NCBI GenBank assembly: GCA_009914755.4
Contig: CP068257.2
Coordinates: 6,592,001-6,656,000 of the forward strand
Length of the DNA stretch: 64,000 nt
Source of the DNA: the human T2T-CHM13v2.0 reference genome, Homo sapiens
Direction: 5' to 3'
Shown here: piece after piece, positions 12,614-23,557 of the stretch
How the letters are laid out: every line of letters begins with the position of its first letter
Position numbering within the stretch: position 1 is the stretch's first letter
Program-made: the position numbers and the translations under genes
Notes under the pieces: model-generated
Told to the model about the DNA's origin: nothing
The model's database searches: none
The model's input: the letters and a program-made list of their open reading frames with translations, nothing else

Positions 12614-14325
12614 AATGCTATAAAGTGGAACTATGAAATGCCTTCAAGACCTTTTTCCTAGTCTCTTGGCAATCAGCACTCAGCTTCTTTTCAGGCAAAT
12701 ATTTGAAGCCTGCATTAATTTTTTCCTGAAATGGACTTTTCTTCTTTTACCACATTGCCAGGCTATGACAAACGTAGCTGAAAATGTAGAAGCAGGTTGA
12801 GAAGTGTGTAATGGCCAGAGGTTGGAGAGTTTGGAGGTCTTGGAAGAAGACAGGAAGATGAGGAAAACTTTGGTCCAGTGTAGAGACTTGTTAAATAGTT
12901 ATAATTAAAAAAGTGACAGAAGGATGGACAGTGATCACCAGGCTTAGAAGGTCTCACATGAAAATGAGGAGCTTGCTGGGAACAGGAACCAAGGTCACTT
13001 TTGTTTTTTCCTTAGCAAAGAACATTGCTGCATGATGCCCCTAATGTGGAGACCTGTGAAAATTTGAACATCAAGGTGATAATTAAGAGTGTATTTGGTG
13101 GAATGAAATTTTAGGCAGCAAAGCTTAAGAGGTGTCCTGTCTGTGTCGAACAGCCTGTGGTCCTATATGTGACCAAATAAATGACCTCAAGGTGAAACTT
13201 ATATTTAAATGAGAAGGAGAGCTTAAAAGTTTGGAAAATTTGCAGACTGGCCTAGTGGTCAAAAAGAAAAGCTGATTATCAGTGGGAAAGTTCAAAAAGG
13301 CTTCAGAAATGTGCATAAAAAGGAATTCAGTGCTAATAGCCAATACAATGTTAAAAAGGCCTTGAAGGCATTTCAGAGACTTTTGCAGCAGCCCTTGCTA
13401 TCACAGGCCCTGAGGCCTGGGATAAAAGAATGGTTTCCTTCTCCAGCCCAATGGCCCCGCTGCTATGTCCATCCTCAGGACACTGCTGACTGCATTCCTG
13501 AAGCTCCAGCTCCAGCCATGGCTGAAAGATGCACAGGTACAGCTTGGGTCACTGCTTCAGAGGGTGCAAGCTGCAAGCCTTGGTGGCTTCCACATAGTGT
13601 TAAGCCAGCAGGTGCACAGAGCACAAAACTAGAGGCTGGGGATCCTTTGTCTGGACTCCAGAGTATGTATGGAAAAACCTGGGTGTCCAGGTCGAAACTT
13701 TTCCAAGAGGCAGAGCCTCCTTTACTAGGTCAGTAGAGAAGGAACATATAAGGTTGGAACCCCATACAGGGAGGCACCATTCTGCCAACTCCAGATTCAT
13801 AGACTCACTAGCAGCTTGCACCCTGATTGTGGAAAAGCTATAGGTACTCAACACCAGCCCAGCCCATGAGGGCAACTGTGGAGGTTAGACCCCGCAAAAG
13901 TCACAGGTGCAGACCTGCCCAAGACCTTGGGAGCCCAGGCCTCATACCCTTGTGCTCTGGATGTGGGATCTGGATTCAAAAAAAATGATTTGGAGGTGTA
14001 GGATTCAATGACTGGCCTGTTGGGTTTTTGACTTGTATGGGGTCTGTAAGTCCCAAATATATTTTGTGCTTCTTTCTGGCAAATTTGTTCCTTTTGGCTG
14101 GGAATACTTATCCAATGCATGTAAAATCATTGTACTTTGGAAGTACTTGCTTGGTATTTCAGAGGCTCAGGGGTAGAACATATGGCAGCCTTGTCTCAGA
14201 AGAGACTTTGGGCTTTGGACACTTCAGTAAATGCTGGAATGAGTTAAGAGATTGGGAAACTGTAGAGAAGGCATCATTGTACTTTGCAGTGTGAGAACAA
14301 CATGAAATATGGGGACCAGGGTCAG
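12614..14325 (+). mobile_element. MaLR internal region, unit D
   Basis: Colinear with the other internal copies. Confidence 0.6.
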
Positions 14326-14882
14326 AATAATATGATTTGGCTCTGCATCCCTAACAAACTCATGTGGAATTGTAATGGGGAATGTTGAAGGTGGGGCCTG
14401 GTGGGAGGTGATTTAATCATTGAGAAGCATGGGGGTTGGAGGTAAGGGTGTGGAGAGAATGGGGGAGATTATTTTGTGGGTGGGAGTGAAAGATGAGGGT
14501 GGGGGTCAGATCCTTCACAAATGGTTAAGCACACTCTCCTTAATGCTGTTCACATGACAGTGAGTTCTCTTGATGATTTTGGAGCTGTGAGATTGAGTGA
14601 ATACTGTCCTGCTGGGTTTTGGACTTGCATTTGTGTTATTTTTCTGGGCAACTTCTTCCCTTTGGATTGAGAAACCTTACCCAATACCTGTTCTACCTTG
14701 AAGGAAAAGAAATCCCTTTTAAATTCAGGGACTCATTGGCAGAAGGGACTGTAACCTTGTCTCAGATGAGATTTTGAAATTTTTACATTCGGAATGAGTT
14801 AAGACTTTTGGAAACTTTTGAAAAGGCATGATTGTGTTTTGCTCTGTGAGAAGGACATGAGGTTCTGGGGAATCAGGGTCAG
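14326..14882 (+). mobile_element. Half-LTR (14326-14572) plus internal tail (14573-14882)
   Basis: Same junction as in units A-C. Confidence 0.6.
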
Positions 14883-15527
14883 AATAATATGAGTTGGCTG
14901 TGTGTCCCTATAAAACTCACGTGTCATCCTTAATGTTGGAGGTGGGCCAGGTGGGAGGTGACTTAATCTTGGATGGGAGGGGGTTGGGGTGGAAGGAAAA
15001 GGAGGGATAGTGTGGGGAGGAGTAGGTTGTCAGTAGGGTGGTGGGAAGGTGAGAGTAACCTGCTGCAGAGGCAGAGGCTCATGGGAAACCTCTACTAGGA
15101 GAGTGCACCTGTGGCTTTGCAGGGTGTAGCCCCCATGGCTGATCTCATGGGCTGGGTTGGTGTTGAGTGCCTGTAGCTTTTCCATACTGAGTGTGTGAGC
15201 TGTTGGTGGGCTTATTAATCTGGAGTCTGGAGGATCGTGGCCTCTTGTGTGGGGGCTCAAAGCCTATATTTTCCTTCTCTGCTGCCATAGTGGAAGTTTC
15301 ATAAGAGGTTCTGCCTCTGCAGGAGGCTTCTGCCTGGAAGCAGTGGACAGTGGTGTGGTTGGAGAATCCTTCACCATTGGTTAGTCTTCTTGATGCTGAT
15401 CTCCTGATAGTGAGTTCTCATGTGATCTGGTTGTCTAACAGGATGTCACACCTCTTTCCCCTCTCTGTCTTGCTCCTACTCCTGCCATATGAAACATCTC
15501 ATTGCCTCTTGGTCTTCTGATATGGTT
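14883..15527 (+). mobile_element. Terminal MaLR LTR with insert (inverted internal segment ~15064-15320), truncated at the 3' end, joined to the minisatellite
   Basis: The LTR stops at ...cttggtcttctgatatgg|ttaggaggggcctgatcagtg; the same junction is found in the paralogue at ~30154. Confidence 0.65.
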
Positions 15528-16310
15528 AGGAGGGGCCTGATCAGTGTGGGCCTGCTCAGTGGACCTAGTCAGTTGCGACTTGTCAGTGAGGCCTATTTAG
15601 TGGGGGGTGGTCAGCAGGGGTCTGCTTAGAGCGGGTCTCATTAGAGGGATCTAGTAGTGCATGTCTTGGTGAGTGGGTTGATAGTGGTAGACAAATGTTT
15701 GGTGTCTGGTCAGTGCCAATCTGGGCTGTGGGACTTGTTCAGTGGAGACCTTGGGACCGAGTCAGCAGAGACGCTTGTCAGTGGGGCCCTGGTCAGGGCA
15801 GGCTGGTCCGTGGAACTTAATCAGTGGGGGCCTGGTCAGAGAGGACTTGATCATTGGTGGCTTTTGTAGCACTGGTCTACGGGGTGACCTGGTCAGCGGG
15901 GATCTGAGCAGTGTGTGCCTGTTCAGTGGGGCGTAGTCATTAGGGTCCCAGTCAGGGGCATCTTGTCACCTCAGTCCTGGTTAGCAGGGGCCTGGTCACT
16001 GGCTGCCTATTCCCTGCAGGCCTGGTCAGTGGGGCTTCGTCTGTGGGACCAGACAATGAGGTCATGATCGGTGGAACCTGATCAGTGAGGCCTTGTCAGT
16101 AAGGACCTCGTCAGTGAGGCCTTGCCAGTGAGGCCTTGCCAGTGAGGCCTTGTCAGTAAGGTCTTCGTCAGTGGAGTCCTGGTCATTGTGGGCCTGGCAG
16201 CGGGAATCTAGTTAGTGAGGCCTGGTGATGGGGCTCTAATCAGTGAGGGTGTGGTCAGGGAGGAAGTGATATGCTGGATCTGGTCACCAGGGACCTGGTC
16301 AGTGGGGGCT
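15528..16310. repeat. Minisatellite, ~15-bp unit (consensus near GGCCTGGTCAGTGRG), ~50 copies
   Basis: Visible periodicity, e.g. gaggccttgccagtg gaggccttgccagtg gaggccttgtcagta. The paralogous array is at 30155-31065. Confidence 0.8.
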
Positions 16311-16509
16311 GCTGAGTACTGCTGGGAGATGTCAGGGGAAATGCATGTTATTGAGGAGCCTGTGGACAGCTGGGGTGGCCCAGTGGTGTTCAATGGCCCA
16401 GTCAAAAGTGGACAAAGCAGGTGTTTGGATGGACCTGGGAGATCTTGCTCAGAGATTCTGACAGGACAAAGGTAAAGGAAAGGCCAGAGTGGTCGGAGAG
16501 ATAGTCACA

Positions 16510-16790
16510 GTCTATGGTCTGCACAGGATGGACGAGGCCAGGGAACAGGCAGGGTGGGCAGCTTGGTTTCAGGGAGAGGCAGGTGCATGCTGGGAGGTCA
16601 GACCCTATGAGGGTTGTGGGGGCGTCAGGTGGTGTGGGCTCCAGGTGCACCCTCAGCGCACTGGGCAGGTCTTGGCCCAGGCTCCCTGGACCTTGGCCGG
16701 GTGATGTGGTCACTTGCTGGGAGACTGTTGTCAGGTGCTGGCCACCCACCCTGGGTAGCACTGTCCCATCTCAGGACTGGACTTCCTCAG
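16510..16790 (+). repeat. Inverted repeat, left arm (~280 bp)
   Basis: Its reverse complement matches 17216-17496 at roughly 85-90%. The ORF track shows mirrored peptides (16489..16704 + and 17302..17523 -). Confidence 0.8.
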
Positions 16791-17215
16791 ATACTGTAGA
16801 GGGCACAGCCTCCAGCCCAGGAGGGGCAGCCCCTTGGTGCAGCCTGAGCTCTCCATGGGTCTGGAGCATCCCCTGCCAGCCCTGCACTCCCTCTTCTCCC
16901 AGGTCCCACTTTTCCAGGGTCAGCCAGTGGGGAGACCCCTTCCTCACTTCCCTATGTGTCTCCTGGGCTGAAACTTGCAGTGCACTGGGACAGGGATGAG
17001 GCTTCCCTAAGGCCCATTTAGGGAGAGAACTGGCTCCCAGCCTGGCACAGGTCCTCAGCTCTGCCTTGGTTGCCTTAGAATGAGATGTATCAGTACCTTT
17101 ACCTGAAGGTAAAGGTAGGAGACTGTCCCTGCTGTTGGGAGGCTGGTCTAGGGATGGAGGACTTCACAGGTCCTCCCAGTCTGTCAGGCCTGGGCAGCAC
17201 TGTCCTGTTTTAGGA

Positions 17216-17496
17216 CTCAGAAAGTCCAGTTCTGGGATGGGACGGTGCTGCCCAGGGAGGGTGGCCAGGGTCTGACAACAGTCCCCCAGGGAGTGACCAC
17301 ATCACCCAGCCGGGGTCCAGGGAGCCTGGCCTGAGACCTGCCTGGTGCACTGAGGGTGCACCTGGAGCCCACTCCACCTGATGCCCCCACAGCCCTCACA
17401 GGTCCTGACCTCCCAGCATGCACCTGCCTCTCCCTGAATTCCAGCTGTCCACCCTGCCTGTTCCCTCACTTCCTCCATCCTGTCCAGCAGGATGGG
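17216..17496 (-). repeat. Inverted repeat, right arm; spacer ~425 bp
   Basis: See left arm. Confidence 0.8.
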
Positions 17497-18399
17497 ATGG
17501 GCAGGGGGACAGCCTGTGTGCACATTTCATGGCAAGCAGGAGTGACACACCATCCCTGGGAGGCGCCTTGGTTCCTCCAAAACCCGGCCCCAGAACTCTG
17601 TCCTTGGGGTGGTTTTACCAAACCCCAAACCCAGAACTGTGGTTGTGTCTCAGGGGTCAGCACCCGCTAGTTCTACAATGTCGCCAAGGACTTTGATTGT
17701 ACAATGTTCTTCTTTTCAATAGTCATTCCAAATATTGTGAGATGCATTGTTTCAGGAAGCCCCTTGCCCTCCTAAAAGCCACCCTACTTCTCTCTAAGGA
17801 GAATGGCCCAGTCCTCTCCCGAGTTCACACATGGTAGGCGATAGCATTGCTTTTGTGTAAATTATGTAATGCAAAATTTTTTTAAATATTTGCCTTAATA
17901 CTTTCAAATTTTGTTTTATTTTGAATGACTAGCCTTCATGGCCCCACTTTTTTGTACCCCAACTTGGAATGTATGAAGGGTTTTGGTCTCCCTGAGAGTG
18001 GCTCAAGGCAGCCAGGGCTTACCTGTACTCTGACTTGAGAAAAGTTGGATGAAAGTGTTCACCTTAAAAAAAATTGAATGACGAAGCATTAACAAAAACA
18101 GTATTTCAGTACAGTGGACAGCTTAGCATTTTGACAATTGGGAATAAAATGCTCATTTCTGAACTGTACAATGTAAGACACAAAAACAAAACACTGGAAA
18201 TGGAAATTCAATTATGTCATTATAGACTGGCTACTGCTCTACATGACTGTGACCAAAGTCAGATAGTTGAAAGAGATTTCTTTCCAGAGAACAAGACATG
18301 AACAGGTTTATTTACAGAAAACAATGAATTCTCACATATCTAACCTAAAATATAGCAGATTCTTTCCGAACAAGTCTAATGTAGACAGTAAAATTAACA

Positions 18400-21300
18400 G
18401 GCTAAAAATTAAGCTCCATCAAACAAGATGAACTCTGAGAGAATAGATGGGGCAGGCCGCCATCTTTCCTGTTCAGGCAACTTAGTCATTCCAGCCTGAG
18501 GGCTTTGGAGAGTATAAACCGACAAGGGGCAGAAGAGATCCCACAGCACAGCTAGCTGCTTTACCAAATCATGGTCAGAATGCTTCTGTAAGCAGGCCCC
18601 CGACCCTGTTGCACATCACTGTACAGGACCTCCCAAATGGGGCCTCCAGCTACCGCCACCAGCATTCCTTGGCCAATAGAAATTTGAAGTGTTCACGGGA
18701 CAGAGCTCCCAGAGAGAGGGGCAGGCCACCACCTTTGCTGTTTGGGTGACTAGCCGTTCTGGTTTGCGGGATTTGGAAAGCCCAAGGTGACAAGGGGTGG
18801 AAGAGGAACCTCAGCGCAGTACGGCCACACTACAAAAACGTGGCCAGACTCTTGTTTAAGTCAGTCCCTGACCACATTTCTAATCAGCAGGTGAAGCCTT
18901 TCAACCAGGGTCTCCAGCTGCCTTCACTGCTGTTCTCTGGCCGACAGAGGTTTCAGGCCTCCCTGAGTCAGAGCTCCCAGGGGGAGGACCAGACTGTTGT
19001 ATTTGCTGTTGGGGCAACTCAGCCATTTCAGCATTAGGGCTTCAGAGTGTCTGAGGCAACCAGGAGTGGAAGTGAACACCCGGCATAGCACAGCTGCTCT
19101 AGAAAAACGTGCCCAGACTTTTTTTTAAGTCAGTGCCTGTTTTTGTTCCTCCTGACTAGATAAGACTTCTCAACTTGTCTCCAGTCACATCTTATAGGTG
19201 TGTTCATACTGGCAACAAGTTCGTACCTCAGTGGCACAGAGCTCCCAGAGGAAGGGGCAGGCTATCATCTTCCCTGGAAAATACAAGGCAATTAGGGACT
19301 GGAGGGGACCCCCAGCATACCACAGCAGCCTGACAGAAAAGTGGCCAGACAGTCTACTTGATGGGCAGGTCCTACTGACCTGGGTCTCCAGCCAGTTCAC
19401 CATCAGAGCTATCCAGCCAGTAGCAACTCAGCAATTCCCTGGACAGAGCTTCCAGGAGCAAACGAAATTCTCCCTGCCATTGCCTCTGCAGTGAAACTGC
19501 CCTTTCTACCCTCAGAATATCAAGGGAGCAAAGACCCTAAGTGCCATATTGACACCTCCAATAAGCTGCGGTTGACCCAATGAACAAGCCAGTCCATCTC
19601 CCACGGGTACCACACACCCCCCACTGCTCATCACCAGAGAGGGAACACTGGCTTGGCCTCACAAAACAGACCCTCCATCCTGGGCTGATTACGCTAAGTG
19701 ATTGCTAACTCACATCTCTATGGGATGGAGCACCCAGGAGACAAGCAGAGTGGTGGAGCAGCAAGTCAGGTGATGTGGAGCCCAGAGGGCAGGGACAGCT
19801 ATCTCTCTAGGCTCCACGTGCCCTTGTGAGATACTTTATCCCAGCACTTTAGGAATGCTAAGTTCAGATCAGCCCCATCTCATGTTCAAGATTGCCCAGC
19901 AGAGATCAGGTCCCAGAGTTCCCCTCTTCAAAAAGGGGACTTGCTTAAAACAGAAGCCTGGCCATGTTTGTGTAAAGCAGCTATGCTGTGCCGGGGGTTC
20001 ACTTTTGAGAGAGTTGTCCTCTGAGACCTGATCTCTGCTGGGCAGTCTTGCACATGAGATGGGGCTGGTCTGATATCAGCACTCCTTAGTCTGCTTGCCT
20101 CTCCCAGGACCCCAGCCTGGCCACACCTGCAAACAGGGCACTCTCGGATGCCCACAGCATAGCTTCCGTGCTAGTGGACTGTACCTGATCAGTGGAGAGC
20201 TGCAGCAAGGTGGCCCCAACAGCCACGCACCAGCCTGCACATTACCTCTCCATACTGCAGCCCTTTATATGGAAACTTCCTACATCACTTTGCTGTGTGT
20301 GTTTCCACATGTGGGTTTTGCTGTACTTGCCCTGACAGCACAGGGGAGTGCAGGACACACCCCAACCCACACCAACTGCCATTGAAGACAGAGCCTTGGT
20401 GGGCACAGAACCAAGAACCCCACCCCTGCCAGCACCTAACCCTTGAGCTAATGCTGTGCAGAGAAAAAGGGACCTTCTTATACCCTGAGTGACCACGGTT
20501 GCTTTGAGGGGCACAGAGAAGGCACCATGGCCTGCACTGGCCAGCAGCCCACCCTGAACCAACACTACCTCCAGTGCAACACACACACAGCAGGGGACCC
20601 CTGACCCACACCCCAGCTGTCTTGCCTCCACCACTGGGTGAACGCCCGCAGGGAGGCAGGGAATTTTGCATCCACTAGCATTCTGCCACAGTTGACACAC
20701 TTTGGTCCCCTCAGTGCAGTGGACTCCAAACCTCCAAGAGCCAGAGAACAAAGTTGGGGCCCAAGACAAGTTCCCCAGAGTTAAAGCACACAGTCCAGGA
20801 ATTGGGAGCTGCACATTGGCCCCCCTAAAATCCTCCAAAAACAAAGCCAGTTGGTTGAATCCACCTTATCCCACAATGAAACCCTCAAGATCATCAAATA
20901 CAATAAAAGAAAAATACCCTGTCCGAAGGTCAGCAACCTCAAAGATGGAAAGTGGATAAGCCCATAAAGATGAGAAAGAATCTGTGCGAGAACACTGAAA
21001 ACTCAAAAAGTCAGCATGCCTTCTTTCCTCCAAATGACTGTATCAACTCTCCAGCAAGTGTTCAGAACTGGGCTGAGGCTGAGATGTCTGGAATGATACA
21101 AGCAGGGTTCAGGATATGCGTAGGAACAAAGTTCACTGAGTGAAAGAAGTATGTTGTCATGCAATACAAGTGAGCTAAAAATCATTGTAAAACATTGTAG
21201 GAGCTAACAGACAAAATAGCAAGTATAAAGAAGACATAACCGACCTAATAGAGCTGAAAAGCACACTACAAGAATTTTCATAATGTAGTCACATAGTGAT

Positions 21301-22565
21301 TATGTGTGATTGCATTATGAAAATTATTGTAGTGTGTGTGGGCACCCGAGATTTCCCTGTAAGCAGGTGTGGCCAGGCTGGGGTCCTGGGAGAGGCAAGC
21401 AGACTAAGGAGGGCTGAGGTCACACCAGCTCCATCTCATGTGCAAGACCACCCAGCAGAATAGACCAAGCAGAGGAAAGAATCCCAGAGCTTGAAAACTG
21501 GCTTTCTGAAATAAAACAGGCAGACAAGAATGGGGGAAAAAAGAAGGAAAATGAATGAACAAAACATCCAAGAAATATGAGATTATATAAACAACCAAAT
21601 CTATGACTGATTAGTGTACGTGAAAGAGATGAGGAGAATGGAACCAACTTGGAAAACATACTTCAGAATATCATTCATGAGAATATCCCCAACCTATCCA
21701 GACAGGCCAACATTCCAACTCAGGAAATCCAGAGAACCTCAGTAAGATAAGCCACGAGAAGATCATCCCCAAGACATATAATCATCAGATTCTCCAAGGT
21801 CAAAATGAAAGAAACAATGTTAAAGGCAGCCAGGGAGAAAGGCAACGTCACCTGCAAAAGGAATTCCATCAGACTTAGCAGACTTCTCAGCTGAAACCCT
21901 ACAAGCCAGAAAAGATATTCAACTTCTTAAAGAAAAGAAATTTCACGTAGTATGGCAGAGACAGATATACCATATAATAACATGGTGTTATTATAAATGG
22001 TTAAAAGAAAAAGAAATTTCAACCCAGAATTTCATGTCCAGCAAAATTAAGCATCATAAGTGAAGGAGAAACAAGATCCTTTTCAGACAAGCAAATGCTG
22101 AGAGAATTCATTATCACCAGATCTACCTTACAAGAGCTCCTGAATTAAGCACTAAATATGGAAAGAAAAGACCATCACCAGCCACTACAAAAATGCACCG
22201 AAGTACACAGACTAGTAATGCTAAAAACCAACCACATACACAAGTCTGCAAAATAACTAGCTGACAGCATGACGACAGGATCTAATCCACACATACCATT
22301 ACTAACCTTAAATGGAAATGGGCTAAATGCTCCGATTGAAAGACACAGGGGGGCAAGCTGGATAAAGAACCAAGACCCATTTGAGTATGCCGTCTCCAAG
22401 AAACCCATCTCACATTCAGTATCATACATAGGCTCAAAATGAAGGAATGGTGAAAAATCTTTCAAGCCAATGGAAAACAGAAGAAATCAGGTGTTACACT
22501 CCCAGTTTCGACAAAACGTATATACCAATAAAGATAAAAAAAGACAGAGAAGGACATTACAAAGG
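18400..22565 (+). mobile_element. 5' portion of an older primate L1 (L1PB/older-L1PA-like): long repetitive 5'UTR, ORF1 (~20970-22150, decayed) and the first ~300 bp of ORF2, then truncated
   Basis: ORF1 N-terminus MRKNLCENTENSKSQHAFFPPNDCINSPASVQNWAEAEM resembles older L1 ORF1. ORF2 start ...LTLNGNGLNAPIERHR... Internal repeats in the 5'UTR. Confidence 0.6.
20970..22150 (+). pseudogene. L1 ORF1 remnant (frameshifts/stops; contains a ~95 bp inverted 5'UTR fragment at 21355-21450)
   Basis: Translation matches L1 ORF1p in pieces (…NIPTQEIQRTSVR…, …KMKETMLKAAREKG…). Confidence 0.55.
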
Positions 22566-23212
22566 TGGTCCTGACCTTTGATAAATCTCGTTATTGATTG
22601 ATACCAACCTGGGCTATCTTTATTGCCCAAACCAACAGGATAATTTGCTGAGGTTGTGGAGCTTCTCCCCTGCAAAGAGTCCCTGATCTCCCAAAATCTG
22701 GTTGAGATCTAAGTTTGATTTTTCTGTACAACTCCTTTTCTGAAGTTTTACTCATTTCCAACAAGGAAGGCAAGTTTTCCTGCTTCTGTGGTGATGGAGA
22801 GCAGGCACCTCCTTTCCTGAGTTTCAGCTTGCCTCTGACAGGGAAGGTGAGTGTAAGTTGTTTCCAGCTTCTAAGATGGCAGAGAACGATCCCCAGCCTG
22901 AGCCTTGTTTCCAGGTAAGTAGGTGAATTAGAGTTTTGTCTTAAAATTTTTCCTTAATGACTAAAATTTAAGATTACTCACCAGCTGCTTTTAATTTCTG
23001 CTTTTAGTTTCTCCTTACCATTAGAACACTCAGTAATCATATGAATTGTGCATTTGTTGTTTTGCTTAACTCTTTTTGTTTGTTTATGCTTGGGGCTTTA
23101 TTGTTGTTGTTTCACTTTTCTCCCGTCTCTTCCTGACTTGGTCAAATCCAAAGGAATTTTCCAAATTGTGGGCAGCAAGGCCTCTGAATTGGCTAAAACT
23201 CCTATGGCTGCA

Positions 23213-23250
23213 AACAAACAAACAAACAAATAAACAACAACAAAAAACAT
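23213..23250. repeat. (CAAA)n microsatellite
   Basis: caaacaaacaaacaaacaaataaacaacaacaaaaaac. Confidence 0.8.
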
Positions 23251-23557
23251 TCCAGTTAGCAGAAATTATTTTTTAAAACTTTTTTTTTTACATAAGTGGT
23301 CTCATCTACATAACAAGGCCACCCTTTTGCTAGCCAAGGCTAAACTGAAGGAGTAGTGGTGGTGACCCAATGTGAAGATTCTGCCCTGTTCACTACAGAA
23401 ACCTGAGTTTGGTTCCTAAGTCTAGTTCTTTCTGTTTGATATTTGTGTTACTTTTAAAGCGTCAGCAGTTTGTCCCAGCTATGATGTGGTAATAAAAGAT
23501 TCAAAAGGATTTTCTTTACAAGTTCTATGATTAAAAGCTTAATTAAAAGCAAATTTC

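Larger units (their letters stand above)
2085..15527 (+). repeat. Higher-order tandem array of MaLR units: about 4 copies of a ~3.3 kb composite (full LTR with insert, full internal ~1.7 kb, half-LTR, internal tail ~340 bp), ending in a terminal LTR
   Basis: Landmark motifs recur with a ~3.3 kb period. gatccttcac.aatggttaa.caccatct is at ~2515, 4740, 5670, 8030, 8920, 11440, 12340, 14510, 15365. acagaaaat LTR ends are at 2793, 5935, 9185, 12613. Unit-to-unit identity is ~80-93% by eye. Confidence 0.75.

Noticed and set aside
16514-16999. 161-aa ORF, and 200-aa ORF 20242..20844 (minus), 199-aa ORF 50740..51339 (minus) and 175-aa ORF 50837..51364 (plus)
   Set aside because: All are in GC-rich repeat sequence (inverted-repeat arm, L1 5'UTR, LTR12). 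They have no start context or domain and are mirrored or overlapping on both strands. Long ORFs are expected by chance in GC-rich DNA.
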